Below are positions 19,714 through 28,783 of a DNA stretch of 64,000 bases, one piece after another. Within the stretch, counting starts at the first letter, position 1. Each line of letters starts with the position of its first letter. The stretch is from Spirochaetota bacterium. GTDB lineage: Bacteria > Spirochaetota > UBA4802 > UBA5550. The DNA lies in contig JAGNKX010000007.1 in NCBI GenBank assembly GCA_017999915.1, positions 64,488 to 128,487 on the forward strand, read 5' to 3'. The notes under the pieces are model-generated. The model was given only the letters and a program-made list of their open reading frames with translations. It was not told where the DNA came from and searched no databases. A program made the translations under genes and the position numbers.

Positions 19714-20709
19714 ATGAAATTCTGCTCGCGCTGTGTCCTGCCGGAAACGTTCCCCGGCATTCAATTCGATGAAAAAAGCGTTTGCAACTATTGCCTGAAC
19801 GCCAATCTCCCCGATGAGGAAAAGAAAGAAGAATACACAAAGAAGTTTGAAGACCTCCTCGACAGCGTCAGGGGGAAGCAGGACTATGACGTGATAATGG
19901 CCTACAGCGGCGGTAAGGATTCCACCTACACGTTATACATGCTGGCCATAAAGTATAAAATGAGGATTCTTGCCCTGTCCTTCGACAACGGCTTCATCTC
20001 GCCGCGCGCGATGGAGAATATTGCCCACATGACGGACATCTGTGGCGCCACCAGCATGGTGGTGCGGCCATCCTTCGAGATCATGAAGAAGGTCTTTGCC
20101 GTGGCGGCGAAAGAGGACTTCTACAGCCCCAAGACCCTGGACCGCGCCAGCTCCATCTGCACCACCTGCATCGGCCATGTGAAGTCGCTGGTGCTGAAGA
20201 CAGCGCTCCAGATGGACATACCACTGGCGGCCTATGGATGGTCCCCCGGGCAGGCGCCCATAACCTCCGCCATCATGCAGACAAGCCCCCGCATGCAGGC
20301 CATGACCAACAAGACCGTTCGGGACCTGCTCTTCAGGCGCTTTCCCGAAGAGATCAGGCAGTACTTCATCTCAGACGAGGACCTGAAATACCCGGCGGAA
20401 CGCTGGCCCATCAATATCCATCCCCTGGCTTTCATGAAGTATAATGAAAATGATATTCTCAAGCTGATCCAGTCCCTGGGCTGGGTCATGCCGCAGGATA
20501 CGGATCCCAACTCGTCGAACTGCACCCTCAACGCCCTGGCGAACCATATCCACCGGGAGAAGTTCGGTTTTCACCCCTATGCCTGGGAGATCGCCGGCAT
20601 TGTCCGTTCCGGCTCCATGGACCGGGAGGAGGGGATCGAAAAGACCAATAAGCCCGAGGATATGAAAATGGTAAGGTACGGCGCTGATAAGATCGGCATA
20701 AAAATATAA
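19714..20709 (+). CDS. N-acetyl-sugar amidotransferase (PP-loop ATP pyrophosphatase, WbpG/WbuX-like)
   Basis: N-terminal Zn-ribbon CSRC...CNYC followed by the PP-loop AYSGGKDST. The length of about 330 aa is typical. Confidence 0.75.
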   Translation: MKFCSRCVLPETFPGIQFDEKSVCNYCLNANLPDEEKKEEYTKKFEDLLDSVRGKQDYDVIMAYSGGKDSTYTLYMLAIKYKMRILALSFDNGFISPRAMENIAHMTDICGATSMVVRPSFEIMKKVFAVAAKEDFYSPKTLDRASSICTTCIGHVKSLVLKTALQMDIPLAAYGWSPGQAPITSAIMQTSPRMQAMTNKTVRDLLFRRFPEEIRQYFISDEDLKYPAERWPINIHPLAFMKYNENDILKLIQSLGWVMPQDTDPNSSNCTLNALANHIHREKFGFHPYAWEIAGIVRSGSMDREEGIEKTNKPEDMKMVRYGADKIGIKI

Positions 20710-20726
20710 AAGTTAGAAAGCAGCAT

Positions 20727-22280
20727 ATGACCGCATCTCCGACCCTGATACATCATTTCCTAGAGTCCAGCGCCGGCCGTTTCCCCGACAAGACGGCCCT
20801 CATCCATGAACAGGTCCGCGCCACCTACGCGGAGATCAACATGAAAGCCAACAGGCTTGCCCGCGCCCTTGTCTCCATGGGTGTGGGGCAGGGCAACCGT
20901 GTCGCGGTCATACTCCATAACAGCCTCGAATATGTGGTGGCCTATTACGGCGTTCTCAAGACAGGCGCCGCCTTTGTGTCCCTTGGCACGGACACCAGGG
21001 CCGAAAAGCTGGCTGCCCTCCTTAACGAGATCGAGCCTGCCGCGGTCATATCTTCGACGAGGTTCGAACAGCTGCTGGAGGAAGTCCCGATCTCCGCGAT
21101 TCCCCTTAAGGCCCTGCTGCTTTCGCAGCCGAAGATGCCCTGGGGCGGCGCTCCCTTTCCTGTAATTAGCCTTGAAGACGTTTTCGCCGGCGGTGACGGT
21201 TCCAATCCGGGCCTTGCTCTCGATCCGTCGAGCCTGGCCTGTCTCATCTATACATCGGGTTCCACCGGGGTGCCCAAGGGCGCCATGCTCACGCACTTCA
21301 ATATCGTCAATAACACGAATTCAATCTGCACTTATCTGCATTTAACTTCAGAGGATCGCCAGATGGCGGTGCTCCCGTTTTTTTACGTTATGGGGAAGTC
21401 CCTTCTCAATACCCACGTCGCAGTGGGCGGATCGATTGTGATCAACAACAAGTTTGCTTACACCGGCGCGGTGGTGAAGCAGATGATCGACGAGAAGGTG
21501 ACCGGTTTCTCCGGCGTGCCCTCGACCTATGCCTACCTCCTGCACCGGTCGCCACTGGCGGCGTCCAGGGATAAGCTTGCCACGCTTCGGTACTGCTCCC
21601 AGGCGGGAGGGCACATGGCGAAGCAGATCAAGCAGGATCTAAGAAAGGCCCTACCGGAGCATACGGATATCTTCATCATGTACGGCGCCACCGAGGCGTC
21701 GGCGCGCCTGAGCTACCTCGAGCCCTCCGAGTTCGATTCGAAGATCGATTCCATCGGCAAGGCGATCCCCGGCGTCACCCTCCGGGTCCTTGACGAGGCC
21801 GGGAATGAGGTGGCCCCGGGCCAGACGGGGGAGCTCACCGCGTCGGGCCCCAATATCATGCAGGGCTACTGGAAGGACCCTGAGACCACGGCGAAGGTGC
21901 TGGACGGGAACGGCTACCACACCGGAGATCTCGCCTCCATGGACGGGGACGGATACTTTTACCTGGTGGGCCGCAAGGACAATCTTCTCAAGGTGAGCGG
22001 ACACCGGATCAATCCCCAGGAGATAGAAGACGTTATGATGGGAAGCGGCCTCCTGGTCGAGGCGGCCGTTATCGGAAAGCCGGACGATCTCAAGGGCAAC
22101 AAGCTCATGGCCCTGGCGGTACCTATCGATAGCGCCTGCACGGCGGACCGGGTCATGGAATACTGTTCGTCGAAGCTCCCGAAATTCAAGCTTCCCGATG
22201 AGATCAAATTCACCCGGGCCCTGCCGAAGAAGGCGAGCGGTAAGATCGACCGGGGCAGGTGCGGGGAGATGCTGGATTGA
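20727..22280 (+). CDS. adenylate-forming (AMP-dependent) synthetase/ligase, second copy
   Basis: LIYTSGSTGVPKGAM, YGATE, GD...DGDGYFYLVGRKD, LPKKASGKI. Confidence 0.85.
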   Translation: MTASPTLIHHFLESSAGRFPDKTALIHEQVRATYAEINMKANRLARALVSMGVGQGNRVAVILHNSLEYVVAYYGVLKTGAAFVSLGTDTRAEKLAALLNEIEPAAVISSTRFEQLLEEVPISAIPLKALLLSQPKMPWGGAPFPVISLEDVFAGGDGSNPGLALDPSSLACLIYTSGSTGVPKGAMLTHFNIVNNTNSICTYLHLTSEDRQMAVLPFFYVMGKSLLNTHVAVGGSIVINNKFAYTGAVVKQMIDEKVTGFSGVPSTYAYLLHRSPLAASRDKLATLRYCSQAGGHMAKQIKQDLRKALPEHTDIFIMYGATEASARLSYLEPSEFDSKIDSIGKAIPGVTLRVLDEAGNEVAPGQTGELTASGPNIMQGYWKDPETTAKVLDGNGYHTGDLASMDGDGYFYLVGRKDNLLKVSGHRINPQEIEDVMMGSGLLVEAAVIGKPDDLKGNKLMALAVPIDSACTADRVMEYCSSKLPKFKLPDEIKFTRALPKKASGKIDRGRCGEMLD

Positions 22281-22556
22281 AATGATAAATCACGATAGTT
22301 ATGGTATACAATATACCGTAGAAATTATTAATACTTGACATAGATAAAGATATTCACTATATATAATCATCGGGTAACGGATTTCTTTTTCATCCATACA
22401 TAAAAATAGTGTAGACGTATTCGAAGCAATTCACCAACTGTACCGTTAAGGTGCGGTTAGTTGTTATTTCATTAACTATTAATTTCTATTTATATTCTTT
22501 TTTCACAAGATTATTCTAATAACTATTAGAAACGCGAAACCTTACTATTGTAATCA

Positions 22557-25500
22557 ATGAAACGAATATTACTTATAGCCGTTTTTTCCATTTCCCTCCT
22601 GCCCGTATCCTGCAAGGTCGACAGGGGCACCCTCATCAGCCTGCCGTTCTTCAGCGTCTTTAGCAATACGGCAGGCCCGAGCATCACCGCTTTCGCCATT
22701 AATGGCGTACAGGGCACCATTACTGGCACCGATATCACCCTGACCCTTCCCTGCGACGCCACCCTCAATGACCTGGTGGCCAGCTTTACCATTACCGGCG
22801 CCCGGGTCGCGGTGAACGGGGTTGATCAGGTAAACGGATCTACCCGCAATGATTTCACGAACCCCGTTGTGTATACTGTTTATACTTCCAGCAACACACC
22901 AAAAAGCTACACCGTATATGCCACGGTGGCTGATAATACCGGGAAAGCCATTACCCGTTTTTCAATTAATGGCGTTGAGGTAGTTCCATCAGGAACCAGC
23001 ATCACCATTACTTTGCCCTATGGCACCGTTACTACAGCCCTTGTTGCGACCTTCAATACCACCGGGAAAGAGGTAAGAATTGGAAGTGTGGTGCAGGAAA
23101 GCGGCGTAACCAGTAATGATTTTACCACCCCCCAGAACGTGAAAACCTATACGGTAGAAGCCTGTAACAGAAAGATGCAGGATTATACAGTCACTGTCAA
23201 CATAGCGAAGAATAGCGCTAAGGATATCACGGGTTTTAAGATACTCAGCGCTGCCGAGACCATAGGGGCCAATACGATAACCCTTACCGTTCCCTTTGGC
23301 ACTGATGTAACAACTCTTACACCGACAATTAATATCACTGGCGATAGCGTGAGCCCTGCTTCAGGGGTGACGCAAGATTTTACCAATCCCGTCACTTATA
23401 CGGTAACCGCCGCCGACAATACAACCAAGGAATACACGGTCACTGTGTCTGTAGCGCCCAGTGATGCCAAGGATATCACTGAAGTCGAGATACTGGGCAT
23501 ACACGCGACTCCCGTAGGCAATACGATCACTATGACAGTGCCTTATGGTAATGATGTTGAGCATCTAACGCCGTTGATCTCGATCACCGGCATGAGTGTG
23601 TACCCTCCTTCGGGATTGGAACAAAGTTTTAAAGATCCAGTCATTTATACAGTAACCGCCGCCGATGGCACGACCAAGGATTACACGGTAACGGTAAACG
23701 TTGCGGCGAATCCCGCGAAGGACATAACCAGCTTTACCATTCCGGGTATGAGCAACCTTGAAATTAAGACTGATACAATAACGTTGACCATGCCCTATGG
23801 TACTGATCTGACTGACCTGACCCCGACAATCGAAATCAATGGCGTGGATATAAGCCCAGACACGGGTGTATCACGTGATTTTTCTTCTACCGTATATTAT
23901 ACGGTAACAGCAGCCGACACTTCAACCAAACAGTACGCTGTTACAGTAAACGAAGGCCCCAGTAATGAATGCGCCATAGATAGTTTTACTATATTGGGCG
24001 AAAGTGGTATTATTGTCGATATGGGGACGTACAATACAATAACACTGACCGTGCCATATGGTTCCGGGTTAACTCTGACGCCTACAATAGTTGCATCAGC
24101 GGGTGCAACAGTTAGCCCCGCCTCAGGGGTACAGCAAAATTTTGATACTGATATTGATTATGTTGTAACGGCAGCCGATGGCATATCATCGAAGATGTAT
24201 ACTGTTCATGTTGAGGAAGGCCTTAATAGCGCCAACGATATATTGATATTCTCCATTGACGGTACTGGCGGTTCAATAGGAGCTAATACTGTAACACTGA
24301 ATATGCCCTATGGGACGAATGCAAAAAGTCTTACACCGTCCATAACCGTCTCTTCTAGAGCCACTGTAAGTCCCGAATCAGGGGAGACTCGAAATTTTGA
24401 AAGTCCTGTTCTATACACGGTCACCGCGGAGGACGGCTCTCAGAAGATATATACGGTGACCGTCATTCTTGATCCCGGCGACGACTGTGATATAACATCG
24501 TTCTCTATAGGTGGAGTAAATGGGACCATTGGAACGAGCACCATAAGCCTTAACCTGCCCTTCGGGACAAGTAAAACAAGCCTGACACCGTCAATAACTG
24601 TATCTGATGGCGCAAGTGTTAGCCCTGTTTCGGGAGTGGCCCGGGACTTTACAGGAACGGTTCATTATATCGTAACAGCGCTGAACGGCACCACTACAAA
24701 GGATTACGCGGTAACCGTTACAGCAAACCTGAGCGGAACCTACGCGGTGGGTTACTATTATAGCGGTAATGATATCGCCTGCCTGTGGGACATCGCCAAG
24801 GCCACTCCGGTGAAAACTGACCTTGAGACAAGCGCCCATAGCTCAAGGGCCATCAGCGCTTCGGTCCTGGGCGATACCGTCTATATTGTTGGTAAATACG
24901 ATGGCAATCCCTGCTATTGGAAGATAGTAGGTGAAAGCGTGACACCATATGTGTTAAGTACCGGGATCACAATACCCGTTGATGTTGTTGATTCCCTCAT
25001 TATCGACTCGGCGAGTTCCGATGATTATTTATATATTTCCGGTACAAACAATAATGTTTCCGGCTCCAGTCGGGCGTGCTACTGGAAAGTTAACCTTACT
25101 GATGATAGTTATAATATGGTACTCCTGACTGTGAGCGGTACTGACTCTTCATTGGGCAACGAGATTGCCGAATCCAGCGGCACTATTTATATAGCAGGAA
25201 CATCGATTAGCACCTATGAGACTCCCTGTTATTGGAGCATTGTATCCGGTGGAGGCACACCAAACTGCTTTTATAACGGTATCGCTTACGGCAGAATTAT
25301 GATGCTTAATGGGACCGAAAAAATTGTAGGTGGGTGGTATGATTATAATACTATAGTCCCTTATACGCAGGCCGAGTATTGGACCTGTATTGAGTCAACG
25401 GGTACATTGGTTAAATTACTCCCTGACATGCCAGGTACCAATTATTCCTCAATTGTAAACTCTTCATTGTATCAATCCGGGACCAATGATCGTTATTTTG

Positions 25501-25772
25501 TCGGACAGCTCATGGGCTATGCGTCCTATTGGCTTGCTGATAATGCTGGCGTTTCCCTTCCCGGCGATGGAATTTCCAATGCCTATGAAATAATGCAGAA
25601 TGATGATGATGATATTTATATATCTGGTTATTGTAAAGCCAGCGGCGACTCGGTATCCTCTTCAACCGCTCGCGTATGGAAGATGAGCGGAGGCACTGTA
25701 ACAGAAACTATTACCCTTACAGAGAGCACCGCCGGCGAATCCGCCGCCCGTGACGTCTTCATAAAGAATTAA
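22557..25772 (+). CDS. large lipoprotein: 8 tandem Ig-like repeats plus a YW-repeat (beta-propeller-like) C-terminal domain
   Basis: Lipobox LPVSC. Eight repeats of about 77-83 aa. The C-terminal ~350 aa carry 6 spaced [CSE]YW / VW motifs. Confidence 0.7.
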   Translation: MKRILLIAVFSISLLPVSCKVDRGTLISLPFFSVFSNTAGPSITAFAINGVQGTITGTDITLTLPCDATLNDLVASFTITGARVAVNGVDQVNGSTRNDFTNPVVYTVYTSSNTPKSYTVYATVADNTGKAITRFSINGVEVVPSGTSITITLPYGTVTTALVATFNTTGKEVRIGSVVQESGVTSNDFTTPQNVKTYTVEACNRKMQDYTVTVNIAKNSAKDITGFKILSAAETIGANTITLTVPFGTDVTTLTPTINITGDSVSPASGVTQDFTNPVTYTVTAADNTTKEYTVTVSVAPSDAKDITEVEILGIHATPVGNTITMTVPYGNDVEHLTPLISITGMSVYPPSGLEQSFKDPVIYTVTAADGTTKDYTVTVNVAANPAKDITSFTIPGMSNLEIKTDTITLTMPYGTDLTDLTPTIEINGVDISPDTGVSRDFSSTVYYTVTAADTSTKQYAVTVNEGPSNECAIDSFTILGESGIIVDMGTYNTITLTVPYGSGLTLTPTIVASAGATVSPASGVQQNFDTDIDYVVTAADGISSKMYTVHVEEGLNSANDILIFSIDGTGGSIGANTVTLNMPYGTNAKSLTPSITVSSRATVSPESGETRNFESPVLYTVTAEDGSQKIYTVTVILDPGDDCDITSFSIGGVNGTIGTSTISLNLPFGTSKTSLTPSITVSDGASVSPVSGVARDFTGTVHYIVTALNGTTTKDYAVTVTANLSGTYAVGYYYSGNDIACLWDIAKATPVKTDLETSAHSSRAISASVLGDTVYIVGKYDGNPCYWKIVGESVTPYVLSTGITIPVDVVDSLIIDSASSDDYLYISGTNNNVSGSSRACYWKVNLTDDSYNMVLLTVSGTDSSLGNEIAESSGTIYIAGTSISTYETPCYWSIVSGGGTPNCFYNGIAYGRIMMLNGTEKIVGGWYDYNTIVPYTQAEYWTCIESTGTLVKLLPDMPGTNYSSIVNSSLYQSGTNDRYFVGQLMGYASYWLADNAGVSLPGDGISNAYEIMQNDDDDIYISGYCKASGDSVSSSTARVWKMSGGTVTETITLTESTAGESAARDVFIKN
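22680..24725 (+). repeat. 8 tandem coding repeats (~230-250 nt each)
   Basis: Consensus: ITxFxI.G..G.I....ItLt[VM]P[YF]GT....LTP.I...G..vSP.SGv..dF..PV.YTVTAaDgttK.YtVTV. Confidence 0.8.
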
Positions 25773-25789
25773 TTTGTAAATACCATACG

Positions 25790-25975
25790 ATGATTAAAAC
25801 TCAAATAATCAAGGAAAATAAAAAACCGAAAGTTGTCATACTGGATTACAAGGAATATCTGCGTCTTAAAGAAAAGGCCGACGATTATGACGATTACATA
25901 AGCGCTGTAAAGGCCGTTAAAACGACAAAAAAATTGCATTCCCTTGATGATGTCGAGAAAAAACTCGGCTTATAG
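25790..25975 (+). CDS. small Phd/YefM-like antitoxin-type protein (orphan)
   Basis: 61 aa: KPKVVILDYKEYLRLKEKADDYDD, resembling antitoxin N-terminal domains. No toxin ORF is adjacent. Confidence 0.35.
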   Translation: MIKTQIIKENKKPKVVILDYKEYLRLKEKADDYDDYISAVKAVKTTKKLHSLDDVEKKLGL

Positions 25976-25977
25976 AT

Positions 25978-27690
25978 CTAATCCCCCGTCAGATACTTCT
26001 CCAAATACTCCGTAAGATCATTCAGGTTCTTCCGTATCATCGACTTGAACTCGGGCGGAATGTTCTGGGCCATGACCACCTTGTAGTAGTTGATGGCGTC
26101 CCGGACCTTGCGCTTCTTGATGTACTCGTTCGCCTTTTCCAGCATCGGCTTGTACTTGTAGAATGAGTATTCTATGATGTTCTTTTCCCGGGAGAGGCCG
26201 ATCTCGTCGGGGAGCTTGGTGAAATCGTAGCTCACCTTCAGGATCGGGAGCTCCTTGGTCTTGCGCTTCGTGGTGGAGAGGAGACGCCGGTAGAACGACT
26301 CGTCCTCCCGCTGCTTCATGTCGATCTCTTCGGTGGTGGTGACGTCCTCGTCACGGCGCTCCTTCTTTTCGCCGATGATCTCGAAATCGCCCTTGTCCCG
26401 CTCCTTTTTGTCTTCCCGGAGGATCTTCTCGAAAATTTCGTCGTCGGTAAGCTCCTCCCCGGACTTGTCCTTGCCGTACTCGCTCAGGAGCTCGAAATCG
26501 TCCTTTTCCTCCACGTCCTCGGCGGAGCGCTTCAGGTGCTCCGATTTCTCAATTCCCGGCTCGGTGACGGAGGAGGGCTCCGGCGCCGTCTTCTTCGGGA
26601 TCCGGTCGAGCATCTCCTTGAGGGCCCGGGCCTCGTCCATCTGCCGCCCCATGTCGAATTTCGCCTCGGCCAGGGAGGGCTCCGTCGCGGATTCGGGGAT
26701 GCTGGCCTCGGCCATGTCCTTCACGGCCTTGGTCAGGCTCTTGAATTCGTTTTTAAGGTCTGCCAGCTCGTCGGTCTTCGCCAGGCTTTCAACCGCGGCC
26801 CTGGCTTCGGCGGCCGCTTCGCTGACCGCGGCCGCGGCCTCGCCGGCGGCGGACGCTTCACGGGCCGATTCGAGGGAGTCCAGGCGCTCGGTCAGGCCGG
26901 ACAGGGCGTCGGCGAGCTTGCTCTGCGCGGCGGCTGCCTCGCCGTCCTCCTGGGGAGCGGCCTTCAGCCTGTCCAGCTCCTCGCGCACGTCGCTCAGCTC
27001 GCTCTTGAGCTTGTCCGTCACGTTCTTGACGATGGACTCCATGTCCACGTTCTTGGACGGATCGATGATGCCTATATGGATGGTTTCGGGCAGGGAGTCG
27101 ATCTTGATCGCGTTGGAGGGCAGGCCGCCCATCTTGATCTTGATCTCGCCGCCGCTGCCTTCTTCGCCGGTGGCGCCGCGCTTCGCCAGCTCGTCCTTGC
27201 GCCTGGCGTCCTCTTCCTTCTTCTTCTTGAACTGCTTGAGGTACTCAATGTCGGCGTCGATCTTGAACCTGGTGTCGATATCCTGAATGCGGGACCTCAC
27301 TCCCTCGAAAAGGGATATGGCCGTGGAATAATCCCCCTTGGTGGCGTAGATCTCGGAGTTGAGGAGGGTCCTCCGGTATATCCTGAAGCGGGAGGTTTCC
27401 GGTATGATCTCGTCGGCCATGTAGGGGAGCTTGAAGGGCCCCTGCTGCTCCTCTTCGGCGGACGCCGCCGCCTCATCGGCCTCCATGTCTGATTTTCTCC
27501 GCCGGTGCGGGACCGCGCTTTCGGGGAATTCCTTCTCGATCTCCTTGTCGCTGGCCCTTCTCCGGAAAGTCTTGTCCTCCTCTGAGACGCCGCCCTCCCG
27601 CCTGTCCGCAATATCGCTCTTGCCCCCCAGGAGGGCCCATATGAGGATGAGGATAATGACCAGGAGGATGATGATCAGGATAATATTCAT
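25978..27690 (-). CDS. N-terminally membrane-anchored, E/K/A-rich coiled-coil protein with a conserved-looking C-terminal helical domain
   Basis: TM helix MNIILIIILLVIILILIWALL, long charged low-complexity/coiled-coil stretches and a TPR-like ATKGDYSTAISLFEG. The strong antisense ORFs are shadows. Confidence 0.6.
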   Translation of the reverse strand: MNIILIIILLVIILILIWALLGGKSDIADRREGGVSEEDKTFRRRASDKEIEKEFPESAVPHRRRKSDMEADEAAASAEEEQQGPFKLPYMADEIIPETSRFRIYRRTLLNSEIYATKGDYSTAISLFEGVRSRIQDIDTRFKIDADIEYLKQFKKKKEEDARRKDELAKRGATGEEGSGGEIKIKMGGLPSNAIKIDSLPETIHIGIIDPSKNVDMESIVKNVTDKLKSELSDVREELDRLKAAPQEDGEAAAAQSKLADALSGLTERLDSLESAREASAAGEAAAAVSEAAAEARAAVESLAKTDELADLKNEFKSLTKAVKDMAEASIPESATEPSLAEAKFDMGRQMDEARALKEMLDRIPKKTAPEPSSVTEPGIEKSEHLKRSAEDVEEKDDFELLSEYGKDKSGEELTDDEIFEKILREDKKERDKGDFEIIGEKKERRDEDVTTTEEIDMKQREDESFYRRLLSTTKRKTKELPILKVSYDFTKLPDEIGLSREKNIIEYSFYKYKPMLEKANEYIKKRKVRDAINYYKVVMAQNIPPEFKSMIRKNLNDLTEYLEKYLTGD

Positions 27691-28068
27691 GGCGCCAATG
27701 TTCTATCGCTAACTATTATAGTATATAAAAAAACGCGTTTTGTAAAGGATAATACTTTTAAATCATGGGTATAAAATAGGTAGCAGTTTAATTTTAGAGG
27801 GGAGCATGGAGCCATCCCGGCGAGAAGGCGACATGGATGTCGCCGATTCCGCCGAGTCAACATGGATGTTATACGAGGCGGATGAGCGGGATGGCCCATG
27901 CCCCCCCCTAATTTACTACTTCTACCTATAAAATATGTCTGTTTATATTTTCGACATAATCCCTTTACTTTGCCCGACAAATTGATATATTTATTGAAAA
28001 AAAGATGGACATTCTGCGTGTAACTTTTGTAAGTTCACAACATCACATTTTTTAACGAGGATACTATT

Positions 28069-28284
28069 ATGGCACAGGATAAAATAAACAAGGACATGAC
28101 CTTCGGCGATCTGCTTCGCCAGTTTCCCAAGGCCGGTCCCATTCTCATGGGCTATGGCCTGCACTGCATAGGATGTCACATCGCCGTGACCGAGACCATC
28201 GAGCAGGGCGCCCGCGCCCATGGCATGGATGACAGCTCGATCCAGAAGATGATGCAGGACCTGAACCTTCAAGCTGCGAACTAG
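28069..28284 (+). CDS. DUF1858 / hybrid-cluster-protein-associated redox disulfide protein
   Basis: KDMTFGDLLRQFPKAGPILMGYGLHCIGCHIA..ETIEQGARAHG. Confidence 0.75.
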   Translation: MAQDKINKDMTFGDLLRQFPKAGPILMGYGLHCIGCHIAVTETIEQGARAHGMDDSSIQKMMQDLNLQAAN

Positions 28285-28295
28285 TAAAAAATATA

Positions 28296-28324
28296 ATCCC
28301 CCGAATTATCTCCGGGGGATTTTT
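28296..28324 (+). terminator. rho-independent terminator
   Basis: atcccccg (28296-28303) pairs with cgggggat (28313-28320), followed by TTTT. Confidence 0.7.
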
Positions 28325-28437
28325 ATGTCTTCGGATAGTTATCGATATCGCCGGTTATGTTACAGGATTATTATTGAGCGAATCACGCCCCGATGAATCG
28401 ACGTGGTGTTTTTGCTAGTATCTTACAGGAGTGTATC

Positions 28438-28752
28438 ATGTCAGAATTTAAAAACGTTTCCATAGTAAAAAAGGCGAATATCTATTTTAATGGCGGGGTC
28501 ACCAGCCGGACGGTGTTATTTCCGGACGGCTCGAAGAAGACCCTGGGCGTCATGCTTCCCGGCGAATATGAATTCAACACCTCCGATAAGGAGATCATGG
28601 AGATCTTTTCAGGCGATATGGATGTAATGCTGCCAGGCGCCGGGACCTGGAAAACAGTCAAAGGCGGTGAATCCTTCGATGTGCCGGCCAATTCCAAGTT
28701 TCAGCTCAAGGTCAAATCAATCTCGGATTATTGCTGCTCCTTCGTGAAATGA
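28438..28752 (+). CDS. ppnP: pyrimidine/purine nucleoside phosphorylase PpnP (DUF1255, YaiE family)
   Basis: [48 protein letters not shown]...EIMEI.SG...V.LPG...[15 protein letters not shown]...DYCCSF. Start at the internal ATG 28438 gives the family-typical length of about 104 aa. Confidence 0.8.
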   Translation: MSEFKNVSIVKKANIYFNGGVTSRTVLFPDGSKKTLGVMLPGEYEFNTSDKEIMEIFSGDMDVMLPGAGTWKTVKGGESFDVPANSKFQLKVKSISDYCCSFVK

Positions 28753-28783
28753 AGCCTGCGCAGGGACTCGGTTTTAGGCGCCC

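Noticed and set aside
22680-24725. Regular ~240-nt periodic repeats that might suggest a CRISPR-like or satellite array.
   Set aside because: They lie inside one continuous ORF, are diverged at DNA level and are conserved at protein level, so they are coding domain repeats.
26318-27492. Long plus-strand ORFs (322 and 318 aa) opposite the coiled-coil protein gene. Similar antisense ORFs occur at 28973..30523, 29991..30731, 35725..36423, 36204..36866, 39961..40884, 42738..43694, 44369..45115, 47294..48028, 51368..52591, 55123..55893 and 61954..62844.
   Set aside because: Their products are low-complexity and Arg/Gly/Pro/Ser/Ala-rich. They lie antisense or out of frame to genes with clear family motifs. 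These are the usual shadow ORFs of GC-rich coding DNA.
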